DNA from: Candidatus Poribacteria bacterium
GTDB lineage: Bacteria > Poribacteria > WGA-4E > PCPOR2b
Direction of reading: 5' to 3'
Length of the DNA: 64,000 bases
Assembly (NCBI GenBank): GCA_965208325.1
Contig: OZ242326.1
Coordinates: forward strand, 1,280,001-1,344,000
Position numbers and translations under genes: made by a program. The notes beneath the pieces are model-generated. The model was not told where the DNA came from. It made no database searches and saw only the letters and a program-made list of their open reading frames with translations. Each line of letters begins with the position of its first letter. Within the stretch, counting starts at the first letter, position 1. This document shows, piece by piece, positions 20,906 to 29,863 of the stretch.

Positions 20906-21655
20906 TTACAGATTGAGCACATCACGCATGAATCGACAGCTCATGGTGATACTGTCGTTGGGTGCTTTGTCAGTCCGATCCTGCTCGACCATCAACCACT
21001 CCACGTCAACTTCGTCGACTGCCCGCATAATTGCCTCCCAATCGAGAATTCCGTGCCCAACTTCTCCGAAAGAGCCGTCAGGGTTCATATCTTTGAAGTG
21101 AAGATAGGCAACTCGATGCGCATACCGCATTAAAAACTCCGCGGGGTCGTCACCGCCGCTCTTTACCCAATACGTGTCGACACAAGCATGCACATATTGT
21201 GGATCTGTCGATTCATACAGTTTCACGATTCCGGTGGTCCCGCCAAAATCCTTAAATTCCCAATTGTGATTGTGGTAGCAAAGTTTTATTCCCGCATTGT
21301 TGCAACGTCGTCCAACCTCGTTGAAGACTTCAGCGGCGCGCTCATAGTCATCAAGCGAGTCGTTTCCACCAACACCGGAAACCATGAGGTAGCCACACCC
21401 CGCCGCCTCTGCGGCTTTAATCATGCCGTCAAAATGCTCAGGGCTGCCGTAACCGGTGTGAACGCCTGCTGTCACTAAATTGTGGGACGATAGCAGGCCA
21501 TTTACTTCCTCAATTGACCGTCCTCCTGCGGTCGGGTCTCCGGTTTCTATACCATCGTAGCCGGCAGCGGAAATTTCGGTGAGGACGCCTGGGAGATCGT
21601 TGCTTGGGCGATCGCCGTAGATTATGAAATGACAACCAACTTTATACTTGCTCAT
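20906..21655 (-). CDS. Sugar phosphate isomerase/epimerase (xylose-isomerase-like TIM barrel)
   Basis: GYDGIE, YHNHNWEF, DTYW, HFKD, VEQD; SD AGGAGG. Confidence 0.85.
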   Translation of the reverse strand: MSKYKVGCHFIIYGDRPSNDLPGVLTEISAAGYDGIETGDPTAGGRSIEEVNGLLSSHNLVTAGVHTGYGSPEHFDGMIKAAEAAGCGYLMVSGVGGNDSLDDYERAAEVFNEVGRRCNNAGIKLCYHNHNWEFKDFGGTTGIVKLYESTDPQYVHACVDTYWVKSGGDDPAEFLMRYAHRVAYLHFKDMNPDGSFGEVGHGILDWEAIMRAVDEVDVEWLMVEQDRTDKAPNDSITMSCRFMRDVLNL

Positions 21656-21931
21656 AGCACCCCTCCTCATGTTGTACGGAATTTCGCAGAAATTTTAATT
21701 GAAAACTTTAAGTGGCATCGACGCTCTCTAAACTGAAAGTGTTAAAATTTAGTATGCGTTGCGAATTTTACAAAATGACACACATTCGGTACGTCATTCT
21801 TTGCGCCCGTTATCAATCATTCAATTTCTTGCGAAAACGCAAATTACTAAAGCTGAATTATTCACTCAAGAAAGATACCATTTCAATATGCAATACCGCA
21901 AGAGATTTATGAGATTGCTAGTTTTTGTGTC

Positions 21932-21960
21932 TTGACAAGATTTCTTGACTGTGATAGAAT
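21932..21960 (+). promoter_or_regulatory. Near-consensus sigma70 promoter of the large operon
   Basis: TTGACA-17nt-TAGAAT with extended TG. Confidence 0.7.
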
Positions 21961-22075
21961 CTCAACGATTTTCGTAAGGTGCGAGAAACTGCCCAAAATT
22001 GTACGATCCCCAAATTCATCATTCGACCTATCTTCGCCTTGTGCAAACAAGGAGACAATCAACGGAGAACAAAAC

Positions 22076-25000
22076 ATGACTGCGAGAAACTCGTTTGTCT
22101 GTGTTATAGGATTTTTCCTGCTCACCTTGATTTCCTCGCAGATGCTGTTAGCATCCGAAGGAGACCAATCCATCGGCCTTTCAGAAATTGCTGTTGAGAT
22201 TCGGGATCAGGTGGATATCGGCAGTATGCGAAAGGACATCGCACGGCTTTCTAGCCTATCGAGCCGCGTGACGGGTTATCCCGAAGCGGCTTCCGCCAGC
22301 AAATACATCTTCGACCGGTTTGCAGAGATAGGCTTGCAGAATGTCGAAAGCCGCGAATTCCCAATCACCGTTCCGATGGACCATGGCGACGGAACGCTTG
22401 CGGTGCTTGATGAACACGAGAATGCGATCGTGACGATTGATTTGCGGTCGGTTTGGCCAAACCTCGTCCGAACCTCACTACTTCCCACAGGAATTAAACA
22501 TCTGGTTGAAGGCGGAGAATCCTTAGAGGCAATTGCTCAATCCTACCGCGTTGACATTCAATCCATTCTTGATGACCCTCACAATAAGTTTCTCCAAGAT
22601 CAGGCGACCGACGGGCGGGACAACAACGGCGATGGATTGGTCGATGAACCCGGGGAATTCGCGTTGATAGACGGAAATAAGATATTTATACCTACCGGCG
22701 GATTAACCGCGCCGCTTTTTTACGGCGGCGGCGGCGAATTGGTAGACTTCAATGGAAAAGACATCGGCGGTTTTTGGTACGAGGTTCAGCCGGGTGATAC
22801 CCTGCGAGACATTGCCCATCGCTTTCGCGTCGGCGTCGGGAGCATCACCGATGATGTACTAAACGGTCATCTTCAGAAAACCGAGGACGGTATTGATAAC
22901 AACGAGAATGGTCAAATTGATGAATACGGGGAAATCCCACTCCTCGCGGATATTTTGCATTGGGATACAGACGGCATTGATAACGACGCGGACGGCTTTA
23001 TTGATGAGCAACCCGGCGGAGAGACGGACGGCATAGACAACAACAACGACGGACGTATTGACGAGGATGGCGAGTTCATCGCTGCTTACGAATCGAGCAT
23101 CTTTATACCTCGCGGCAGCGTAGTATTGATCGATTTCAACTCCAGTACCAAATGGATTAACGCAGCAATGCTCGGCGCGAAGGCGGTAGTTTTCATTGAA
23201 CCGGAAACCACAATTCGCGGTGAAGCAGAGAATAAGTTCCTGACTGTTCCCGCCAACATACCGCGGTTTTGGATTTCTCGGACGGATGCTGAAAAACTGT
23301 TAACGATGCTTGGTGAAACTTCCGACCCTACCTCATCCGGCGGCGAACAACATAAGGAGGCCAGGGACGTCACTGTCCGTCTCAGTGCAACGATGACTTG
23401 GGAACGACGAATTGGGCAGAATATCCGCGGTTTTCTTGATGGAGGCGATCCAGCACTCAAGGATGAACTTGTCGTAATCACGGCGTATTATGACTCCATG
23501 TCGGTTGTTCCTGCGATTGCGCCAGGCGCTGATCCTACCGGTGGGATCGCTGCGCTTCTCGAATTAGCGCGCATTTTTAGCAAAGCAGAATTCCGGCCGG
23601 GGCGTTCAATACTGTTCGTTGCTGCGGACGCACATTTTCAGGGGTTGGCAGGAATGCGAGCGTTCATGGAGGGGATTGGCCAAGATGTTGTGGGGCGCGA
23701 AGCCGATTCACCCGGAACGCCAACCATGCGCGGACTGCGACGGGGTTTAGCAGCAGACCTGTTTGAATTTAAAGAACTCGGCCGCAAGCTGTTGCTGTCT
23801 ATAGATAGGAACGTATTGGTGGATTTGCCTCCGAATTTCTTTTACGAAGTCCATCAACTTGACGCTGCCCTCGATTCACTCCAAATTACATTAGGCGATC
23901 TTGAAGGGACTCGAGGCCGTGTCGAATGGTTAAGGGACGCTCAAAGGGATTATAAAGAAAAACAGAAGAAGAAACTAGAAACTACTAAAAAACGCGAAAA
24001 ACAGGGTTTTACCCAAGAGGAGCATTCCCGCCTCGAAATAAACCTGGCTAAGTACAAAAAGGATGCGTTACAGACTACCCAATTTTTGCGATCTGTAGTC
24101 AGACGTGTGGATAATTTACGTTCTCAAGCCTTGGAAGAGTCTCGAAAGGCGCAACGGGATCTGATTGAGAATATCGCGTTGCCGATGGCGCGGCTTGATG
24201 AGTGGGCGATTACCAAGCTAGAGGCCGATCTGGCGGCGAAAAACATCGGTGGCAACTACGACCGAACGGCTGACAGTTCCTACCTTCAGCCGAATGCGGA
24301 CGAAGACGGAAATTACCACCTACAGGTACCGTCCGATTTGGTTGGCACGCCTTTGGCAGAAGCAGTGATTCGGCTTTCCGGCCATTTAGAGGATTGGGAA
24401 CTCAAAGACCGCCGAAAGTTTGCGCTTCAATATGCTCAAGAACAACTCCTGGATCGGCATCTCGATTTTCACGGCTTGGAACAGATAAAAGAAGCCCGCA
24501 CAATTGTACATCGCGCGACTAGAGCCTTAAGCGAGTACATTGCCGAAGAGGAACAGGTCTTATTCCGCACGCTCCAAAAGATACCTTCCGATTCAGACTC
24601 GGCGTCACGCATCAAAACCGCCATTAACAGTTTACGAAGGGATGCTGCATATGCTCCGGATGATATAGACACGATTGTCGGTCCATTCCTTGGCGAATCC
24701 AGTCTCGACCGATTCAAGACCATTCAAAAACAGCTTCGTCAAAAATTGGCGGAAATCGAGACCGCCGATGCCGGCGCAGTAGATCGAGAATCGCATGCCA
24801 TTTTCATTGAAGAACTGACTAAAGATAAACAAGCCATCTTCGAAACCGCCATGCGAAATGCAAGACTTGAACGGCAGCGAATTGAGTCGCTTTTGGAATT
24901 GCAACGCCACGCGTCGTTGAACCGACCGTATCTTGAGGAAGAATTACTGGTGTTGAGCCACTACCTTCCAGCCGACGAAGTTGACACGGCGATAGAGGTA

Positions 25001-28000
25001 CGCGCCCAGGTTGTCGCACAACTGGAGCAACAACGTCTGCTTCGGCTAGTTAAACAGCGTGCGAAGAACGATGTTGTAGAACTTCAGAATATGTTAAACC
25101 GCTTAGACGAACTCGACCGAGATCTTCCAGAAGAGATGAAGACGCTGCTTCGCGATAACATGCTAACGCTGCGAAATGCCAGATTCCGTAACATCCAAAA
25201 ACGGGTGCAGGTGATTGCACGAATTAGCAAGTCGGAATATGACCGGAAAGTTACCAACATCGAGCAGGCAATTGCCCTACAAGACCTTTTCAACCGCTAC
25301 TATACCTCGTTGTTTGTTTCTATCGACTTATCTACCCAAAATGACAAATTTGGTGTGTTCAACAAAGGTTGGTTCTACGACCAGCAACCTGAATTTGTGC
25401 TGCGGCGCGAGTTTGCTTTCATCGGCAACAAACTCGCCGAGTATGCCGAGGATGTAGATTTTGGCGTCCGTATTAACAACCTTTGGACGTTTACGGACGA
25501 TCAGATTCGGCAGGCGGTGATGAACAGTCAATGGGAAATCGCATCTGGCATTGAGTCCAAACAGGCGATAGAGGGCAAATCGTTGGAGACGCTGATTGAC
25601 GAACACTACACGACGTTAGTCAAACTTTCCGGCGTTTCGCGTTTAATGAAGATGCAGTTTGAACAGATGAGAGACCGAGGCGAACCGTCTGAAGATATGC
25701 TGAAGGATATGGACTATATCCGTAAGGAGGTCGAGCGATTCATCCGAAACGATCAGCGCGAAGCCCGAAAAGAACGCAAAAACAGTATTCGCCTCTTCAA
25801 TCGGCTGCCTGCAATGCTTGCCCTTCGGAAAGTGAAACCGTCCGATTTGACCGAGGAGGAAATTGATGACATCAAGACTCTTATAGACATTGTCGGGTTA
25901 GGAGGGGCTACCAACTTCGTTAACGCTATTTCTGCTTCAGGCGGAAAAACATGGACAACGTATATCCCCGGCAAAATTGCATTTGACAGCGAAGTCGCGA
26001 CGCTAGTCGGTAAAACGGGGATTGCATTTGCCACCATAGATGATGCGCGGGTGCTCACGGACACGCCTTTAGATACAATTGATAAAATGGATTTGAGGGA
26101 AGACGGTAATTTACACAGACAGGCGAAAACGCTCGCAGCAATTCTAATTCAGGCGATGCGGGACCCGAAGATGCCGACCGCGGCGCGTGTAGGCAACTTC
26201 TATTGTAATCTGTTTGGCGACGTTGTAGAGTACGATGCACGCGAAAGCGCTTTGCCGAACAAACCGGTGCCGCATCCAATTCTTACGCTGCGGCGTAAAA
26301 ACAAGACAATGATGGGTGTTCGCGGCGATCTCTTTACGATGGGAGACAACAAAGGCGTGTTCGAAGTGGTCGGATTGGCGATGGAAGGGCGCGCCATTCA
26401 ACGGCGCGGCGGCACGCAAGAGGTCGAAGCGTATATCCTTGATTCCGATTCGGGAGATATTTCCTACGCACCCGATTTGGGCAACTTTGGCGCAGAACTA
26501 CTACCGAATAAGGTGCCTATCACCACACGCCGGCGCGGTTGCCGCATTGTGGTTTTTCCGTGCGTTTCCACCACCATCTACGACTTGGTCGACCAGCGGT
26601 ATTTGCGGACACTTCGCGAATTGAACGTCTATGATGCGCGAAGCGACAGTCCTCCGGAGAAATACGGCGTTTCCAAGCCGTGGCAACAGCCGATGGTCTC
26701 GGCGACAGAACCGATTGCCTTGGTCTATTCTGAACCGAATTCCCGCATCAAAATCGGCATGGCATACGGCCAAATTGGCAAACGGCTGCTGCTGATTAAA
26801 GCAGGCAAGAGCGGCGCCAAAAACCCGACCCTTTACACTGGAGAAGGGTTCGTCGTGCAGGAAAACGGCTCTGTGCGCCTCACTCCGTACGTCGTCGTGC
26901 GCGACATGTGGTGGCTGGATGAAAACCGCACCAGCCTTTACAAACGGTTCGGTATTAGCAGTGATCGACTCGACAAACTACACCTTTTTTCGAACGAACA
27001 TTTAGAACAGGCAGAAGTTGCTTTGGATAAAAAGGACTATTCCATGGCGATGAAACTGGCCCGCGGGGCATGGGGCTACGAATCGCGTGCATATCCAGAT
27101 GTTAAAAAGACCGGCAACGATGTGGTTAACGGTGTTATGTTCTATCTCGCACTGCTAATCCCGTTTGCGTACTTTATGGAACGCCTAATTTTCGCATTTC
27201 CGGATGTTCACAAACAGATTCTCGGTGTGTTTGCCATCTTTCTCGTAGTGTTCTTTTTCCTCTCGCAAGCACATCCAGCCTTCCAGATTACCACGACGCC
27301 AGTTATTATACTAATTGCCTTCGTTGTGTTAGCATTAACTGTGATCGTGATAAGTATCATCGTCCGGAAATTTGAGGAGCAGTTAGAACAGATTAAGCAG
27401 GAACGGTCGAAGGTTTATAAAGCGGATGTTGGCCGCCTTGCCGCGTCCGCCGCAGCCTTTAGCCTTGGCATCTCCAATATGCGCAAGCGGAAAGGCCGCA
27501 CTCTCCTTACATGCGCCACGCTGGTAATTTTAACATTCACGGTAATCTCCTTCACATCGGTTCGAACCTTTATGCAACCCAACAGCACCTCTTTGCCTTC
27601 TGTAACGCCCAAATACACGGGGATGCTGATTCGAGATCAATACTGGATTCCATTGGAGGAACCGGTAATTACGTCCGTAACGAACGATATGCGTAAAACG
27701 CGGATTGGCGAAAATGAACTCCGACTCCTGTTGAAAAAGAAAGGGAAGTCGCCCGCTGAAGTTGATTCGCTGCTTGCCTCGGCTAAAATTGATGGGGATA
27801 ATGGTACTGGGGCAGAGGTCAGGTCCTCGACTGCGGCCAGTGGGCTGAAGGATCAAGCGTATATCACGGTGCACAATGTTGTCGCGCCGCGGGCATGGTA
27901 TCAGTCTTCGGGTACCGGCGATCAATCGTTCGTGCAGTTGACGCGTATTGAGAATTCCAAAGATCCTGTGCCGCCGAAAGATCCATTGACCGATGAACCG

Positions 28001-29512
28001 CTAAGTTTTGCGGCAAACATGCTGGTGGGAATGAGCCCTGATGAGCCGGGTGTCACCGGTATTGACCGTTACCTCCAGTACGGCAAATGGTTTGACCCTG
28101 CAGACGAAGCGGAATGGCCGACCCAATGGCCGTATGTGTGCGTATTGCCGAAAGGTATGGCGGATCTCTTGGAAATCAGCGAATCTGATATGGGGAAAGC
28201 CACTATCTCAGTTTATGGTGCCAAATTCACTGTAACCGGTGTGTTGGGCATTGGGTTTAAGGATTTGACAGATAATGACGGCGAAGAACTCACTCCTGTT
28301 GATTATCAATTGATGCATCAGCAGCAATCGCGCGGGGGCGAGGGAGAAGAAACGCTTGAGGGCGAGTTACAGAAGTATCTCCACCTTACGCCGGATAGCA
28401 TCGCAGTTTTGCCATACGAGGTAATAATTAATCAAGGCGGAACACTGCGATCGGTCGCGGTTAATATGAACCCTCAAGAAGGCGATCCGCCGTTCCTGAC
28501 CGGCGTTGATAAACTAGATTTAATAATGGCACCCCTAATGAGCCGCATTGCACTCGACTTTTTCGTCGGCCGGAACAAAGATACTTACCTCTACAGCTCA
28601 ATTGGGATGACTTCTTTCTCCGGCATGGGGAACTTATTTGTGCCAATACTTATCGCGTCACTAATCGTACTGAACACAATGCTCGGCGCCGTGTATGAAA
28701 GAGTTCGGGAAATTGGTATTTACAGCTCTGTCGGGCTTGCGCCGGTGCATATCGCTTTTCTGTTTCTTGCAGAGGCGTGTGTGTACGCGATTGTGGGGGC
28801 AGTGTTGGGTTACTTACTCGGTCAAGTCGTGGCTACTCTCCTAGTGAATTTTGGCTGGCTTGCTGGATTGACCCTCAATTACTCATCAATGTCCACAGTG
28901 GTGGCAACCATTATCGTTATGTTAGTGGTCATAAGCAGCACACTTTACCCCGCTGTAAAAGCCGGACGGATGGCTGTGCCCGACATTGAACGGAAGTGGA
29001 AATTACCTGAACCGGAAGGCGACGAGTGGCACTTTGACCTTCCCTTCACTGTTCTATCCGAGGAATCACTTGGTTTGAACGTATTTATGCGGGACTATTT
29101 TGAAGCCCACTCCGACGAATCTGCGAGCGATTTCTATACTGACCAAATCTCTTTTAACCGGTCAACCGAGGAGATTGAAGGCAGGGAAAAAGAAACGTAC
29201 GCGATAAGCATGATGGCATGGGTAGCCCCTTACGATTTAGGGGTCGGTCAATCCATTCGATTTGTGACTTCTCCGGTTGGCGGCGAAGAAGAGGATCTCT
29301 ACAACATCACCCTTGATGTGCACCGCGAAAGCGGCGAAATTGCCTCTTGGAAACGCGTCAACCGGCGTTTCTTGAACCTAATTCGCAAGCAACTGTTGGT
29401 CTGGCGAACCTTCAGCGCCGATGTTCGCGGCGAGTTCCATGAACGCGGTCGGCACGATCGCCAATTCACGGATGCTCCTAACCTTGAACTAGCACCACAG
29501 CCGGCGGACTGA
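22076..29512 (+). CDS. Giant fusion protein: signal peptide, degenerate M28 peptidase/PA domain, 2x LysM with DxDNxxDG repeats, helical inserts, MacB/FtsX permease
   Basis: Start ATG 22076 after GGAG; hydrophobic signal; SRVTGYP, VITAYYD, PGAD..GIAALLELAR; LysM segments (GESLEAIA, GDTLRDIA); LGISNMRKRKGRTLLT and NTMLGAVYERVREIGIYSSVG (FtsX). Confidence 0.85.
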   Translation: MTARNSFVCVIGFFLLTLISSQMLLASEGDQSIGLSEIAVEIRDQVDIGSMRKDIARLSSLSSRVTGYPEAASASKYIFDRFAEIGLQNVESREFPITVPMDHGDGTLAVLDEHENAIVTIDLRSVWPNLVRTSLLPTGIKHLVEGGESLEAIAQSYRVDIQSILDDPHNKFLQDQATDGRDNNGDGLVDEPGEFALIDGNKIFIPTGGLTAPLFYGGGGELVDFNGKDIGGFWYEVQPGDTLRDIAHRFRVGVGSITDDVLNGHLQKTEDGIDNNENGQIDEYGEIPLLADILHWDTDGIDNDADGFIDEQPGGETDGIDNNNDGRIDEDGEFIAAYESSIFIPRGSVVLIDFNSSTKWINAAMLGAKAVVFIEPETTIRGEAENKFLTVPANIPRFWISRTDAEKLLTMLGETSDPTSSGGEQHKEARDVTVRLSATMTWERRIGQNIRGFLDGGDPALKDELVVITAYYDSMSVVPAIAPGADPTGGIAALLELARIFSKAEFRPGRSILFVAADAHFQGLAGMRAFMEGIGQDVVGREADSPGTPTMRGLRRGLAADLFEFKELGRKLLLSIDRNVLVDLPPNFFYEVHQLDAALDSLQITLGDLEGTRGRVEWLRDAQRDYKEKQKKKLETTKKREKQGFTQEEHSRLEINLAKYKKDALQTTQFLRSVVRRVDNLRSQALEESRKAQRDLIENIALPMARLDEWAITKLEADLAAKNIGGNYDRTADSSYLQPNADEDGNYHLQVPSDLVGTPLAEAVIRLSGHLEDWELKDRRKFALQYAQEQLLDRHLDFHGLEQIKEARTIVHRATRALSEYIAEEEQVLFRTLQKIPSDSDSASRIKTAINSLRRDAAYAPDDIDTIVGPFLGESSLDRFKTIQKQLRQKLAEIETADAGAVDRESHAIFIEELTKDKQAIFETAMRNARLERQRIESLLELQRHASLNRPYLEEELLVLSHYLPADEVDTAIEVRAQVVAQLEQQRLLRLVKQRAKNDVVELQNMLNRLDELDRDLPEEMKTLLRDNMLTLRNARFRNIQKRVQVIARISKSEYDRKVTNIEQAIALQDLFNRYYTSLFVSIDLSTQNDKFGVFNKGWFYDQQPEFVLRREFAFIGNKLAEYAEDVDFGVRINNLWTFTDDQIRQAVMNSQWEIASGIESKQAIEGKSLETLIDEHYTTLVKLSGVSRLMKMQFEQMRDRGEPSEDMLKDMDYIRKEVERFIRNDQREARKERKNSIRLFNRLPAMLALRKVKPSDLTEEEIDDIKTLIDIVGLGGATNFVNAISASGGKTWTTYIPGKIAFDSEVATLVGKTGIAFATIDDARVLTDTPLDTIDKMDLREDGNLHRQAKTLAAILIQAMRDPKMPTAARVGNFYCNLFGDVVEYDARESALPNKPVPHPILTLRRKNKTMMGVRGDLFTMGDNKGVFEVVGLAMEGRAIQRRGGTQEVEAYILDSDSGDISYAPDLGNFGAELLPNKVPITTRRRGCRIVVFPCVSTTIYDLVDQRYLRTLRELNVYDARSDSPPEKYGVSKPWQQPMVSATEPIALVYSEPNSRIKIGMAYGQIGKRLLLIKAGKSGAKNPTLYTGEGFVVQENGSVRLTPYVVVRDMWWLDENRTSLYKRFGISSDRLDKLHLFSNEHLEQAEVALDKKDYSMAMKLARGAWGYESRAYPDVKKTGNDVVNGVMFYLALLIPFAYFMERLIFAFPDVHKQILGVFAIFLVVFFFLSQAHPAFQITTTPVIILIAFVVLALTVIVISIIVRKFEEQLEQIKQERSKVYKADVGRLAASAAAFSLGISNMRKRKGRTLLTCATLVILTFTVISFTSVRTFMQPNSTSLPSVTPKYTGMLIRDQYWIPLEEPVITSVTNDMRKTRIGENELRLLLKKKGKSPAEVDSLLASAKIDGDNGTGAEVRSSTAASGLKDQAYITVHNVVAPRAWYQSSGTGDQSFVQLTRIENSKDPVPPKDPLTDEPLSFAANMLVGMSPDEPGVTGIDRYLQYGKWFDPADEAEWPTQWPYVCVLPKGMADLLEISESDMGKATISVYGAKFTVTGVLGIGFKDLTDNDGEELTPVDYQLMHQQQSRGGEGEETLEGELQKYLHLTPDSIAVLPYEVIINQGGTLRSVAVNMNPQEGDPPFLTGVDKLDLIMAPLMSRIALDFFVGRNKDTYLYSSIGMTSFSGMGNLFVPILIASLIVLNTMLGAVYERVREIGIYSSVGLAPVHIAFLFLAEACVYAIVGAVLGYLLGQVVATLLVNFGWLAGLTLNYSSMSTVVATIIVMLVVISSTLYPAVKAGRMAVPDIERKWKLPEPEGDEWHFDLPFTVLSEESLGLNVFMRDYFEAHSDESASDFYTDQISFNRSTEEIEGREKETYAISMMAWVAPYDLGVGQSIRFVTSPVGGEEEDLYNITLDVHRESGEIASWKRVNRRFLNLIRKQLLVWRTFSADVRGEFHERGRHDRQFTDAPNLELAPQPAD

Positions 29513-29609
29513 TGAATTGATGAGTCGGAAAAGCACCGGTAGAATTCCGCGAATTCCTTAACGAGAAAGTTGCGGCATTTAGCACATTACGCGAAGGGAA
29601 ACAATACGC

Positions 29610-29789
29610 ATGGTAAACTTTGGAGAAAAGTTAGCAAGCTTTTTTATCATCATCGGCGTAATTCTTTGGGTCATATCTATCTTCTTTTTGGGTGGGCGAT
29701 GGCAGCCGCAGGTGCTTTCGGCCGCAATTTTGGTTGTCGCCATCTTTATCGCCCACATCTGGGAGGAACTCTTTCAGCAAAAAAAATGA
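29610..29789 (+). CDS. 59-aa two-TM microprotein (absent from the ORF track)
   Basis: MVNFGEKLASFFIIIGVILWVISIFFLGGRWQPQVLSAAILVVAIFIAHIWEELFQQKK; purine-rich GAAGGGA upstream; lies inside the operon. Confidence 0.7.
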   Translation: MVNFGEKLASFFIIIGVILWVISIFFLGGRWQPQVLSAAILVVAIFIAHIWEELFQQKK

Positions 29790-29863
29790 CCGTGCGTAAT
29801 ACGAACGCGTAGCACTCTTGACTTTCGCACATTTCGTCATGTGCTACGAAAGGAGAATTAAAT

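Noticed and set aside
21932..22075. N-terminal 48 aa of the 2526-aa ORF as called from the TTG at 21932
   Set aside because: That TTG is part of the -35 box. The ATG at 22076 has an SD and begins a signal peptide.
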